A stretch of 63,966 nt of DNA, the filler included, from Reticulomyxa filosa (Eukaryota; Protista; Foraminifera), in assembly GCA_000512085.1 (NCBI GenBank). It is 17 parts of 17 records of this genome, joined end to end, with 100 filler letters (N's around TTAATTAATTAA, not from the genome) between each part and the next. Parts side by side here need not be neighbours in the genome. Positions count along the whole stretch, not along the records: positions 11,822 to 21,179 come from ASPP01037606.1; positions 21,280 to 22,714 come from ASPP01015974.1; positions 22,815 to 25,013 come from ASPP01004281.1; 14 more parts are not named here. One strand, 5' to 3'. Position numbers and translations under genes: made by a program. The notes beneath the pieces were generated by a model, which had not been told where the DNA came from, did no database searches, and saw only the letters and a program-made list of their open reading frames with translations. Position 1 is the stretch's first letter; each line of letters starts with the position of its first letter. Positions 12,710-25,113 of this stretch are shown here, piece after piece.

Positions 12710-13647
12710 CAGTTGCAACTACGAAAAGTGCACAACAACTAGATTTTTTGGTAAATTCCAATCGCCGTACAAAAGTAAGCAGTTTTAATCACTAAATATT
12801 AGCACTTTTAGTGATACATATTTTTGATATAAGTAATTCAAAAAGAATTTATCAAATATATCTTTAACATAAGTTGTTTTTCACAAAAAGTTCGGTCAAA
12901 TTTCAGCACTTTAATACAAATTGAAGACTCAACCGACGATTACGCCTTGTAAGCAGTAGTTTCTTAACTTTAAGACATCTATTTAAACACTGCAATTTTA
13001 AAATTCGTCTTATTGTAGTTAAACTTAGTTTTGGAATGTTTAATTTCTGTCTTTGTCTGGCAATATCTATAACAGTCTTGCATTTATATGTACAAATCAA
13101 TAGTTTCATTTGCATATCATCATATGCAGACCACTTTTTTTGTCTTTGGGAGTAATTTTTCCTGTGTGCACACTCAGTTGCTGCAATTTTTTTATGTAGC
13201 ATACTAATAACATTCTTATCAACGCCAAATTCTACGCCAACATATCGGTAAGACTAAATGTTTTCCAATTGTCACGTTGACAGACCGGTTTCGTACTCAC
13301 TTAGTTTGTTTGACATTTTCCAGTACAACATATGCTGATAAGTTTTTAAACTGTGAAATTTGTAGAATAACTCAAACTACAAGTGAAATAAAAAACAATT
13401 ACTGGCCTGTATGAATTAGATTTTTTTTTGAAGGGATAAGGTTTTGTTGAACTTTTTGGGAAAAACAGTTTGTGTTGAGATATATTTGATAAACTCTTTT
13501 TGAATTACTTATATCAAAAATCTATATCACTAAAAGTGCTAATGTTTATTGATTAAAACTTCTTACTTTCGTACGACTATTGAAAGTTACCAAAAAATCT
13601 TTGTGTATTGCGCTTTTTTAGTATTGTACTTTTCGTAGTTTCAATTG
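12710..13647 (-). mobile_element. Non-autonomous, internally deleted Tc1/mariner-superfamily DNA transposon with long TIRs
   Basis: 12710-~12900 and ~13441-13647 are reverse complements (e.g. TTAGCACTTTTAGTGATA...TTTTTGATATAAGTAATTCAAAAAGA versus its inverse). The left end reads TA|CAGTTG; the right end reads CAATTG|TG. The interior encodes a transposase N-terminus. Confidence 0.9.
12903..13316 (-). pseudogene. Tc1-like transposase remnant (N-terminal HTH/DNA-binding region only)
   Basis: Reads MSNKLSEYETGLST*QLENI*SYRYVG...RQKKWSAYDD...LSLTTIRRILK...KVKKLLLTRRNRRLSLQF. The 'S..TIRR.L' and 'KK.LLT..N...R/S L.F' patterns are Tc1-like. Two in-frame stops; no DDE domain before the left TIR. Confidence 0.82.
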
Positions 13648-15237
13648 TGTATTACATTGTTTTATCTATTTTAATATAGAATCTTATGTCCATTTGAGGT
13701 TTGTGTAAATAAAATTAGATATTATAAAATAACTAGCTTTGAACAATTAATATCTATTTACAAACTTAAACTTTTCTATTGACTAATATGGATATATTGT
13801 TATGAGTTATTAATTTTAATGTTTTTGATTTATCATGTGTTAGATTTGTTATTGTTCAAGTATTAATATCTTTTTTAAAACTAGATACTTCAGTTCTTAT
13901 AGATAAGACAGTGATAAATCAATGAGCTTGTTATGATGTAGATTATACTCAAAATCTTTGTAGTAAGAGCTGGAGGACTTTCGATATAATCAATGCTTTT
14001 TTACCATAACTTTGTTTCTAGTTTCGCTTTCAACAACTGGATCAAGTAGTTATATGACTGTAGAAACAGGACTTAATTTTACAACATGTTCATTTTGTGA
14101 GACTAGTCTCAAGTTCAAGTAGTTGTAGAACAACTTTATAATCATGAATGTCTTTTCAAATTTTATTGTAATATTCGGAGGATTTCATTATTTACTTTAA
14201 CACTTTTACTACACTTACAGTCATTGTAATTTTTTAATTAGATATCATTATCCATATATTGCAAAATTTTATTCAAGTTTATGCAATTATTGCGTTTGCT
14301 TATCATTGCTAGATACGTTTATGTTAGTGTATTTACATTTCATAAGCTTACTACTACGCTCGGTCAATTGTTTTATGCTTTTAACACAGTATATAAATAA
14401 AACAATATTACCAGGTGTAGATAATAATATTAGTTGAACTACATCATGAGTGCAGAATATTATGTTGCAATGTTCATTGAAGTTTTCGAATTGACAGAAG
14501 CAGCAGACAAACTATAAGTAACAATGTTTTTCATTTTTTTTTTCCAAACTCGTTGGCTAAGTATATGTGATGTAAATTTGTCATAGAAATAAGAATAGTT
14601 CTCACATAAAATAAAATTTATATTATATGAAACTTTTTTATGTTTGACAATATTTTCTTATTTAAAAACTTTAAAGCTAAATAGTAACATGTAATAAATC
14701 GAAACTGCTTCAACTTCACGTGTAGTTTTGCCACAATATGAATGGATTACCACATCAATTTGCAAAGAAATTTGCACATTATTGCAATTCGAAAATGTAC
14801 AGTTTTTAGCTTATGTAATTGGCGTTGTTTCGATTACAGCCCAATGTAAATTTGCTGTGTTACCAAAAATAATTTAATTAGTTGCGTTTTTTCGTTCAAC
14901 GTAGTCAGTTTACGTCATCCAACAAGTCTTTATCATTAATCAATGTGCGAAAGTTTCCATTTGCATTTGCCGTATTTACAGGTTTCTTTCTTTCACAATT
15001 CTTAATATTTGCACAAAAGAATTACTTTAATTTTTAACGAACGAATGAAAGTCCCTTGAAACCAAAAAAACTTTGCTAAGGTTCGAAAATGATTATAACG
15101 TGAAAAGTAAAATGAAAGCTTTCGTACAACCAAAAAAAAAACTCAACTAGTAGGTTTTAACATTAGCAACAGCGTTTGAAAAACAAAACAAAAAAATTGC
15201 GCAAGGTCACAAGTGAGAATATACTAAGTGTAAATTA

Positions 15238-16924
15238 TCAAGGTTGAGCTGGATGTACACGTTCTACATAATTGTGATAAGCAATGGTTGTCCTGAAGCG
15301 TGAATATGCTTGTCGCATTAACTGGAAAAGTTCTTTCAAAACAGGATCGAATAAAAAAACAAAATTGGAAGGAGCCATTTGCTCAAAGGGATTATTTTGT
15401 GTATTTTGCTTTTCGTTCCGCTGCTGCTGGAAAAGATGACGAGGATAGCGAGGATGATTAAGATGCAAAAGCTTCATAAAGTCCATACGCATGTCATACG
15501 GGAGATTGACTTCGTATTGCGCCCCTGTGGCAATGTATTTATCAATCAACGCGATCGCCTTCTGTTCGTCGCTGAGTTGGTTATGATTTACAATCGATGA
15601 TTGGGGCAGTTCCGCACTCAGTACAAAGTTATCTCCGAGAGGATCCATCACGTCCATATCACTTTTTTCTTTCCACTTTTGTTTTGCTATCGCACGATAT
15701 TGACACAATTCCAAATAACACAGCAAATTTTCTGACGCAAACTCTATTTTTATTTATTTATTTTTATTATGCAATCTCTAATTTTCAACATAATTGTGTA
15801 TACGTACTTATATTGACGTACAACAAAGAACCTGAAAACAAATGTTCCATAAACAAATCAAATCCTTTGGCGTCTTTCAAGAGATTGAAAAGATCAGGCA
15901 AAGGGGTATCGGTAAGATGAAAAGAAAGTGTGGGATTATGGGCTTGGCGAACAAAGAGGCCTAGAATGTGGGCGTTTACTTTGCGCAAATGTGATTCGAT
16001 GGACGGGTACTGCTTGCGAAGGACCCACCATGTCGGTATCATGATCACCGAAAATACTACGCCAAGAGAGCTCATCACGAATACCAGCGCTTTCGTAAAC
16101 GCGTCCATCTGGTGACCGATCACGACGTATACTAAAAAGTATATCGCATTCCCGGTCAGTCCAAACTTTAGTGCTGCTATTGCTTCTTCGCGGACCCCAA
16201 AATAGTCTTTGTACTTTGGTATCATATACGCAAATATCGTTAGTGCGAACACATGGAAAACCATCAGAAGCGATTGAAGCGCCGTCAGTTGTTCGCCTTC
16301 TAGGAAAAATGACATTCCACTTTTTTTTTTTAATGTTATACATACATGTATTACGTATACGTATATGTAATTTATATATGTACATGTTCACAGATACGTA
16401 TAGATTAACATATGAAGGAGATTGACAACAAGGTAAGTCGGCAGGAAAATGTGCAACGACATCCAAGTGAAGGATCGAAGTTTTGGATAGTAGTGGATAT
16501 AACAGTTGGAAATGTCGTGGTTAGAATCGTTTGTTGCTACATATGATTTCCATTTTTCTCGGAAGGAATACATCGTATACTTCATTTCGAATACGATCAT
16601 AGCGAGTCGTAGCAATAACAGCTCATTGAAAAGATATAGAGCCAGTGGCCCTGGCCCTCGCACATATATTATGTCGATTATGTGCGGGTGTGTCTTCTCC
16701 CAACCCAATGCATGCAGCAGCAAATACAACTCGAGAGTCAGGCCGTATATTATCCCCGCCACACTTCCACAAACAAGCAGCACTGGCTGGCGCTTTCGGA
16801 ATGCTTGTAAATCACGCACGTTGTAATAGTGATACGTGTAGTACAACATCAACGGCTGGCACACCAGAGATGTCAACATACAACACGCCACTCCAATGGC
16901 CAAATTGGCCACGTTTAAGGCCAT
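15238..16924 (-). CDS. Multi-TM (7TM-type) receptor fused to a C-terminal RGS domain
   Basis: Hydrophobic helices in exons 1-2. Splicing intron 15831-15744 gives 'FDLFMEHLFSEFASENLLCYLEL', followed by 'IDKYIATGAQYEVNLP' and 'LFDPVLKELFQLMRQAYSRF', which are canonical RGS-box motifs. Confidence 0.88.
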
Positions 16925-17456
16925 TATTGTGCTTGCTCTCCCTGAGCTAAAGTGAAAATTAAACAAAAAATTTCAAAAAAGGTTTCAACAAAAAAAGGGA
17001 AAAAGACTAAATTTGTGTGCAAAACAAAAAGCAGGATATTTGCTTTAACAAAACTCAAATTCTATTCTCAATTTCTATGTACAATATAATCGTTTGTTCA
17101 AATACAAACTTAATGTGTATGAGGCATTCCAAAATAAAATCTTTTTTTAAAAAATTCAAGTGCATATTCTGGGTGGCAGTATTCGCTTTTATTAACCTAG
17201 TTTATACTTTGTTGTTCATGAGCATACTAATTTCAATTGCTCTCTTTTACGACTATAAAAAAAATATTAGATAAAAGAGAACAGTATTTGATAATTCAAA
17301 AAAAAGCCCGAGTAAATCAAATTAAAAGAGGCAAATACAATTCACATTTGTTTGCATGTGAATGAAATCCGTTGTAAAAAAAACCCCACAAAAAAACTTT
17401 ACATAAATCAATAATCTTATCCACTCACAGCAACAAGATAGGCCCCTAGGAGGACA

Positions 17457-19627
17457 ATGAGCAACGCAGAGGACGAAAAAAAAGCAGAAGAGCTAAAAAC
17501 TGGATCTTCGCTGGACAATTCGTGTTTTAGTAAAGGTTGGATATTGCAATTGAACCAACAAGAGCAAATCAGCCACTTTATCTGTTTGATTTGCAAACAA
17601 GTTGCCAGAAACCCAATTGAAATGGACTGTGCGTAACATCAAGACTTGAATGAATCGCGTATTGTCGGCGAGGATTGCCTAAAGCAATTCCTAAGTGCAA
17701 ATCCAAACTCTTGTCCTGTTCAACCTCACAATGGTTGTGAATATTTTCAAAGTAGATTAGCTCAACTACATATCAGTGATTTACGAGTTGCATGTCCAAG
17801 ACAATTTCAACAAGATTCACAAACACACACCCAATGGCGGCAATCCGAAGGAGAAGGCAATGAAAAGATAATATGTGATTTTAAAGGAAAGATCAAAGAA
17901 TTGCATGATCATTTGGAAAATTCATGTTGTTTGAAATTATTGGATTGTTGGTATAAACCATTTGGATGTGATCACGCCTGTCCCAAACAGAAATTACAAC
18001 AACATTTGATTTCAAATTTAAAATTTCATTTTGATTTAGTTGTCAAATTTGTAGATTCATTACAACAAAATATCCAAATTTATCAAGTTTATTTATTTAA
18101 TTTTTTTGAAATTTTATTATAAAGACAAAGCAAGAATAAAAAATAATAAAATAGAATGAGATGACACAATTAAAATTGCAAGTACAAGCCAATGAAAAAG
18201 GGAATAGAGAAAATAAAACACTAATCAATGAAAATGCATCATTGAAGAAAGAAACAAAACAATTAATGGATAAAATAAATGAAACAATGGAATTAAAACA
18301 AAAAGAATTGCTGGAGAAAGACAATGAAATGAAAAAATTGCAAAGGGAATCACAACAAGAAATACTCAAATTACGTGCCGATATTGAAATCATTAAAAAA
18401 GATTTCAATGAAAAGGAGAACAAGCAATTATCACATTATGACAAATTGATTAAATTAATGGAAGAAAAAAATGATAAGCTCATTCAAGACATTCAAAAAC
18501 TTTCCAACAAAGATGAACAAAAAGAAAATGACAATATTTTATCTTTCAAATCCAAATATTCTTCCAATTTTGATTTGTTTCATTCTCCTAAATTACTCCA
18601 CATTTTCAGTGGACATTCCAGTTCTATATGTAGTCTTCAATATTCATCGCTTGATGGTGGTAGATTTCTTTGCTCTGGAGCAGATAGCACAGTTCGTGTA
18701 TGGGATTTGGATATTAACAAACAAATTCAGATATTTAGTGGACATTCAGGTAGTGTTCGTGGTGCCAAATTCTCTCCATATCATCGTAATCATCGTCGTC
18801 CCACTATTTGTTCGGCATCACATGATAAAACTATCCATTTTTGGGACATCAAAACAGCAAAAGAATACCAAATTTATAAAGAACACAGTGAGTTGGTTTA
18901 TTATATTCAATTTTCGTCATTCACAAATGGAAGATATTTCTGTTCTGGATCACAAGATAAGACTATTCGTTTATGGGATGTTGAGACATCAAAATCATTA
19001 CATGTTTTCAATGGACATTCAAATGGTGTTTATTGTGTGGAATTTTCACCATTGCAAAGTAGCAGTAAAGATAGTAATAGTATTGGTGTGATTGGTGGTG
19101 CTGGATATACTCTTTGTTCTGGATCATGGGACAAAACTATTCGTTTATGGGATATCGAGAATACCAAACAGTTGATTATTTTCAATGGACATGAGGGTTG
19201 TCCATATAGTGTAAAATATTCTCAAAATGAAACAAGTATTGTTGGTGGAAATGTGATATGTTCTGGATCAGACGACAAAACAGTTCGGCTGTGGGATGTT
19301 CGAACAGGAAAACAGATCCATGTCTTTGAAGGACATACGAGTGGTGTGCATTGTGTGGAATATTTACCACTCGAAAGTAGAGACAATGATTTCAATATAA
19401 TATGTTCCGGATCATATGACAGTACGATCCGATTTTGGGATATCAGAATCAATAAACAATTACATGAGATCAAGGGATTTGATAATAGTAAAATATATTC
19501 ATTTGAATTTGTGCCATTTGATGAAAATAAAAACAACAATGAGAATGACAAAAACAATTTAAGGAACAGTTGTGATTATACGTTATGTTATGGTTCTGGA
19601 GGTGGTCTCATTCGTTTGTTGGGATAA
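17457..19627 (+). pseudogene. RING-like/TRAF-type Zn finger + coiled coil + WD40 repeat protein with an in-frame premature stop
   Basis: ATG at 17457; [18 protein letters not shown] has an in-frame TAA at 17634-17636. TRAF-finger-like 'CDFKGKIKELHDHLENSC...CWYKPFGCDHAC'. Intron 18087-18154, a coiled coil, then about 6-7 GH...WD repeats. The stop could instead be a sequencing error. Confidence 0.75.
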
Positions 19628-19810
19628 AGGTGTACATCTGTGTATACAAAAGTTGATATATCCTTGCCAATAATTGATGATATCCATTCTTCAAATATGA
19701 TTATTTTCCTTAACAAGAACAAAGAAATTGAAATAAAATTAAACACATTTGAAAGTTGACAATCACCACAAATTAGAAGTTTTTTGGAAAAAATTAAAAA
19801 AACAATGTAT

Positions 19811-20659
19811 TCATGTAGCAAAGGTTGCAGTCCAAGGAACACAATTGGAAATATTTTGAACAAGTTTGATTTCTCCCGCAACAAAAGTAACAATAGAATA
19901 AATACAATCTTGATTCAATGATTGCGTAAGTAAAGAATTTAATAAATTATGAATTAAAGTAAAATAATTAGCAATCGCATAATAGCATTCAAAACATAAT
20001 CCATGTCTTTTTAAACTGCATGAAAATACTAATTCATTATCACATATAAATCTAAAACATAGTGCGCAAGCCATTTTACCATGCCATGATTTGTCATATA
20101 ATAAATCACAACGATAAAAATGAATCCTTTCTAATACCCATTGATGAGTAAATCTTATTAATAATATACTTTGCTTTTTTTGTTGTGAAATTTTTATTGT
20201 TTTTTCACAAGATAAACACGGTAATTTCCATATATTTTTTGGTAAATTTATAAAAGATAATATTTGTAATGTTATCATATTTGCAGTATTTTTACATAAA
20301 TTATATTCAAAATATTCTTCTCCATCAAAATTTTTTAATACGTCCAAATAATTTTCAAGTAATGTTTTATTTATAGATTTAAATATCTTTTCCAAATTAA
20401 TGTCATCATTTCCATTGAATAATATATGTAATAATGGATTTGTTATATCATCGTCATTTTTTTTTAATGAAGGAAATTTCATCATTTCCTCTACTGAAAG
20501 ATCCACTGTTTCGTGTCCCAAAGACGAGCCGGGAGTTATACTGTACATATTATCATCTAACACCTTTGTTATTTGTCCATAACTGCAGATATTTCTGTCT
20601 CTAGGTAAAAATGCTACTCTTTCATGCAAAGAATATGTTACAGCTTCAAAGGGATGCAT
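19811..20659 (-). CDS. Hypothetical 282-aa protein with a C-terminal Cys/His cluster (possible Zn finger)
   Basis: Single ORF containing CALC...C...HGLCFECY. No family recognised. Confidence 0.5.
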   Translation of the reverse strand: MHPFEAVTYSLHERVAFLPRDRNICSYGQITKVLDDNMYSITPGSSLGHETVDLSVEEMMKFPSLKKNDDDITNPLLHILFNGNDDINLEKIFKSINKTLLENYLDVLKNFDGEEYFEYNLCKNTANMITLQILSFINLPKNIWKLPCLSCEKTIKISQQKKQSILLIRFTHQWVLERIHFYRCDLLYDKSWHGKMACALCFRFICDNELVFSCSLKRHGLCFECYYAIANYFTLIHNLLNSLLTQSLNQDCIYSIVTFVAGEIKLVQNISNCVPWTATFAT

Positions 20660-21279
20660 AATTCCAAATTCTTTTTAAAAAAAGGGGGTTCAAATAATTT
20701 TTTGAAGACGAGTTCTTTTTTGGTAAGTTTGATTTAATGCTAGAATATTAATGGAAGTTTAAAATTGAAATACTCATAAGGATGCAATTACACTCTGTAA
20801 TGTTAATTAAAAAAGCAACATGACAAAAACATTGTCTCTCCTTTGCAAGTACAATGAGAAACCAAACATCAAGTGGCTCTTTTTTTGGAAAAGGGACCAT
20901 CCTATAGCTGTTTTGTTACATTAATTTATGATGAAAACAATGCACATTGTCGATGAGGATTAATCTGGCGTTTATCTCTCTCGGACAAATGGTGAAAATG
21001 CACGACGAAGGCAATATTGGAAGGGGAAAAAAGAAAAAAAAAGTCAATCGAAAACAAAATAAACAAGCAGAAACAGAACGAACAAAACAAAACAAAGCCA
21101 AGTCAAATCAAATCAAAAAACAAAACAAAACAAACAAAAAAGCGCCACTATATTGTTCATTTTTTCTTTTTTCCTTTTANNNNNNNNNNNNNNNNNNNNN
21201 NNNNNNNNNNNNNNNNNNNNNNNTTAATTAATTAANNNNNNNNNNNNNNNNNNNNNNNNNNNNNNNNNNNNNNNNNNNN

Positions 21280-21743
21280 CCTGTAAACGGATGAACTGCG
21301 ACAGAAATTTTTTGTCCCAAAAAATTCCCATAAAAAGGGTCATTGCTGTCAACAAGGATTTCGGAAATGATGAGTGTGTCCAAATACAAACGGATAATTC
21401 TTGCAATAATACTCATTTCACTACGTCCGTACTGCGCGAATTGCGGATTCACAACCAACTGCGCCAACAGACCTCCGAAATCCTCGTTTTCTTCATACGC
21501 TTCATAGACACGATTCATGTCATCTTCGTTATGTTTTGTAAAGTAATTTTTTTGCCCCTTTTTCAATTGCGCCTTCCAGTTCAATTTTCTTATTTCTTCT
21601 CGTGTTTCGCATAGCGGGGGCTTTGGCGTCGTGCCTGCTTCGTCGCGGATATACACAAAATCTGGCAAATCGCTAGGCTTGACTGTATTCTGTTGGAATG
21701 ATAATCCGCCATATGTCGATACCTTTGAAGACTTGTGGCCCAT
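21280..21743 (-). CDS. Hypothetical protein, 3' truncated, with a possible N-myristoylation motif
   Basis: ORF begins MGHKSS (Gly2, Ser6) and runs into the linker. Confidence 0.5.
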
Positions 21744-22137
21744 GTGCGGTCATGCCAGTTGGCAGAACTTTCTTTTCAATATCCCTTAACTTTACCAACT
21801 TTTAAGTCAAACAATTGTGACAATAATAGCCAATTATTTTTTAAAATAAGAAAATCATTGTAATAAAAGATTAGTTGCAATGCTGTGTAAGTAACTGTAC
21901 TTTAATTTACTTTGTTTAAGCTGATTTAAAAATATATAATATTGTACTTTTAGGAAGTGCTAGTCTGCCACAAATCATTTTCACTTGCCACAGCTAAATT
22001 GAATAGTATTTTGAATACTAGAAAGGAGAAAAAGATTTGTCATTGCAATACACTACAAAAGAAAACAACTGCTTGACACGTCACAACCCCTTTGTTTTTG
22101 TGTATTCAAGACAATCCAGTGAAGACCAAGACTGAGA

Positions 22138-23239
22138 ATGATGGATTTTGTGCTTGCTTTTGGTGGTTCAAGTCAAGATGCAATTGTTGACGTGAAAAAG
22201 TCAAAAGGACGGGAAATGCAGTTTACGTACCATTTGGGGGGCACCAGTTATCAATATAAAACGGTGTCATTTCAAGAAAATGACATTGTGATCGCTGACA
22301 ATTATGTGGGAATACTCAGGTGTGCAAGAAGTTACAAAATATGATCATTGTGATATCACCATCTCATTTGGGTTTTGTGTTTTAAATGGACCAATTCACA
22401 CAACAGATATGTCGGGCCATTACTGCCAAAGCATAATCCAAACGAGCAATATTACTTGGGTTTAGAGTGCCTTGCAAAGCCAGAGAGTGAGGTTCAAAAC
22501 TTTGTCGACCATTCGGATTACTTTGACAGCAAGCATAGCTACAATATGGGAGTGTTGATACCTTGCACTAAGTTTAAGTGCAAGATTGAATGCTACGACG
22601 CCCTTCAGTGGCTCATTCATCAAAAATCGAAACTCGAGGCACAATTACGACGGTTTCTATATATACCATATATGCACTTTTTTTTTGTTGTTTTTTTTTT
22701 TTTTTTTTTTTTTTNNNNNNNNNNNNNNNNNNNNNNNNNNNNNNNNNNNNNNNNNNNNTTAATTAATTAANNNNNNNNNNNNNNNNNNNNNNNNNNNNNN
22801 NNNNNNNNNNNNNNCTTGTAAATATGCTTATTGCCTTCCCGCACATTTTAACAGAGCTGCCATGTGAGGTTGTTATCTTGTGAAGACGGGCAGATCCAAT
22901 CGAGTGGTAAGTGCAGCTGGGCCACGATGAACGGACCGAACATGTTGAAACGCAGGTTCATAGCAAGTAAGGAAGCTATTTGCCAAATAAGTTGGCGTCT
23001 CAATCCGCCCTGTATGTCAAAAAAAACATTTGTGCATACCTCAAGTTGTTGTATGCATTAAAGAGAAGATGTCCCAAGATGGCATTGATACAAACCTTCA
23101 CAGATGGCACATATGTATGTATACCATGGAGTTACTGGTATTTGTCCCAGTGACGATAACTTGTTCCATCTTCGGAAGCGCTTGCTTTGGTGTCTGCACG
23201 CTTGCTGATAGTTTCAAAGCTTTGAAAGAAAGACAGTAA
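22138..23239 (+). CDS. Hypothetical spliced protein fragments on either side of a linker
   Basis: ORFs 22138-22344 and 22375-~22660, and 22815-23239 after the linker. Whether they belong to one gene cannot be established. Confidence 0.3.
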
Positions 23240-24219
23240 ATGTATATCATTTTGTACAAGATCTTTGCTCATGATTTGACAATGTTCTCAAAACAATATG
23301 ATAACATCAATTTGTTCTTGAAATGAACACAAGGTATCATGATCTTAGTTTTTTTTAATTTTAGAAGTACTGAAGTTTCGCATTGTTCAAATGTGCAAAA
23401 AATTTTAATAAAATTTTTATTATAAAATAATATCTTCAAAAAAGGTCATAAGATTTACTTCAGAAATGATTGATTTGCTTTATTCTGAAAATGTCAATTG
23501 AAGTGTTCTAAAAAGGGAGTTCATTTTTTATTTCTTGCTTTCATATTATTACGTAAGTTAAAACTTAGAAGAGATGCTGTAGCTTTCGATATAAAAGTGA
23601 ACGAATAATCGAATTACATGGTATACTGTCCGAGACATGTTTTCTAAAGAAATAAGCAGCCTTTCCCTTCTGTTGCGTTCCTCTTTGAGCTCTCCATATC
23701 CAATTCAGATCAATGAAACTAGATCATGACATTCAAAAGCAAGAACTGGTGTGCATATGCCACAAACCTTTGCAAAGCTCTGAATCTCTTTGGTTGGTTA
23801 TTATAGCCATCTCATGTTGCCAGCACAGCTTTGTAAGTATCTTTTACGGATTCATCAACTTTCTGCTATTGCCCCAACAAAATCTACTCCCTTCTGATTC
23901 TTGTCATCACGTGTGTATTACTTATTTTACACTGACTCCAAAAAATCAATCAAAAAGTATTTTTTTGTTGTGTTTATTCACAATCTTACTTTCCATCATT
24001 GTAGAAGATTGTTGACAGTGTTATTAATTTGGTTTACACCTTGACATTTTTGCTTTTTAATTTTTCCATCTTAATTTTTTTGACAATGCAAACGAGGGGA
24101 TTTCGCATCTCTAAAAAATAAAGAGACACAAGAAAACGAAAGGCTAGAGAAATTACATTTTATGAAACAGCATTGCTTCAAAAGATATTTACACACTTAA
24201 TGGCAGACAATAAAGTAAT

Positions 24220-25013
24220 TCAAAGATAACAAAAATAGATTTCTTTTTCATCAAAAAAAAGGAACAAAGAAGGGATCAATTGACAGTCAAACACACGAGT
24301 ATCAAAATAAAATTGAACACATTTCTGATCAATTTCTTTGATGCTTTGAATAAGATTATTATGAATTTGTGTTGTTGCATTTGATACATGTAATGTATTT
24401 CCACTTTTTACTTTGTTTACACTTCCACTCGTTCCATATTCATTGATATCACATTTCGACCAGCAGCCCAATACAATAAATTATTTTTAATTAGCATATC
24501 TTTTAATTGTTTCTGACTCATTCCTAATAAGAATGTTGCACCTTCTTCCAATAATGTTTCATAACTCTCTCTTCATCAATGATCTTGATTACGCCATTTT
24601 GATCAATCAATTTATCAAATAAAAAAGTATGAAGAACATCTATGAATGAGATATTGAAATGCATCGTCCAATTGTAATGAAATCGTTGCAAGCGTATGTA
24701 CACAATAATTAAGAATTGTAATTCTTTCACCCCCAATGATATTTATCAAACCATCGATAATATCATTCAATTGCTGTTCATTTAATTCCACTGATATCTT
24801 ACAAAGTAATTCTGCACATATCTTAGCGTGTTTTTTAAAATATTTTTGTAACATTGGATAACAACATCTGAAGTTTCTGTTGAAATACACTTTTATCATA
24901 TGTAATATCCTTTGTTGGATTTCACAAGAAATGATTGCCTGTCCACATTTCAATCCTTCCCATGCAATTTGAGATAAATAATCCATTTCCATTTCAAATA
25001 TATTCAATATTTT
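24220..25013 (-). pseudogene. Decayed helical-repeat-like coding remnant
   Basis: Overlapping short minus-strand ORFs with frameshifts (…CAELLCKISVELNEQQLNDII…, …LATISLQLDDAFQYLI…). Confidence 0.3.
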
Positions 25014-25113
25014 NNNNNNNNNNNNNNNNNNNNNNNNNNNNNNNNNNNNNNNNNNNNTTAATTAATTAANNNNNNNNNNNNNNNNNNNNNNNNNNNNNNN
25101 NNNNNNNNNNNNN

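Noticed and set aside
17634-17636. Stop-codon reassignment (TAA/TAG read as Gln or Glu) explaining in-frame stops
   Set aside because: Well-conserved genes here have long stop-free exons and end in TAA, TAG or TGA (e.g. 19625-19627, 49316-49318, 42147-42149). The paralogue at 28878 has GAA at this site, so a point mutation or error is simpler.
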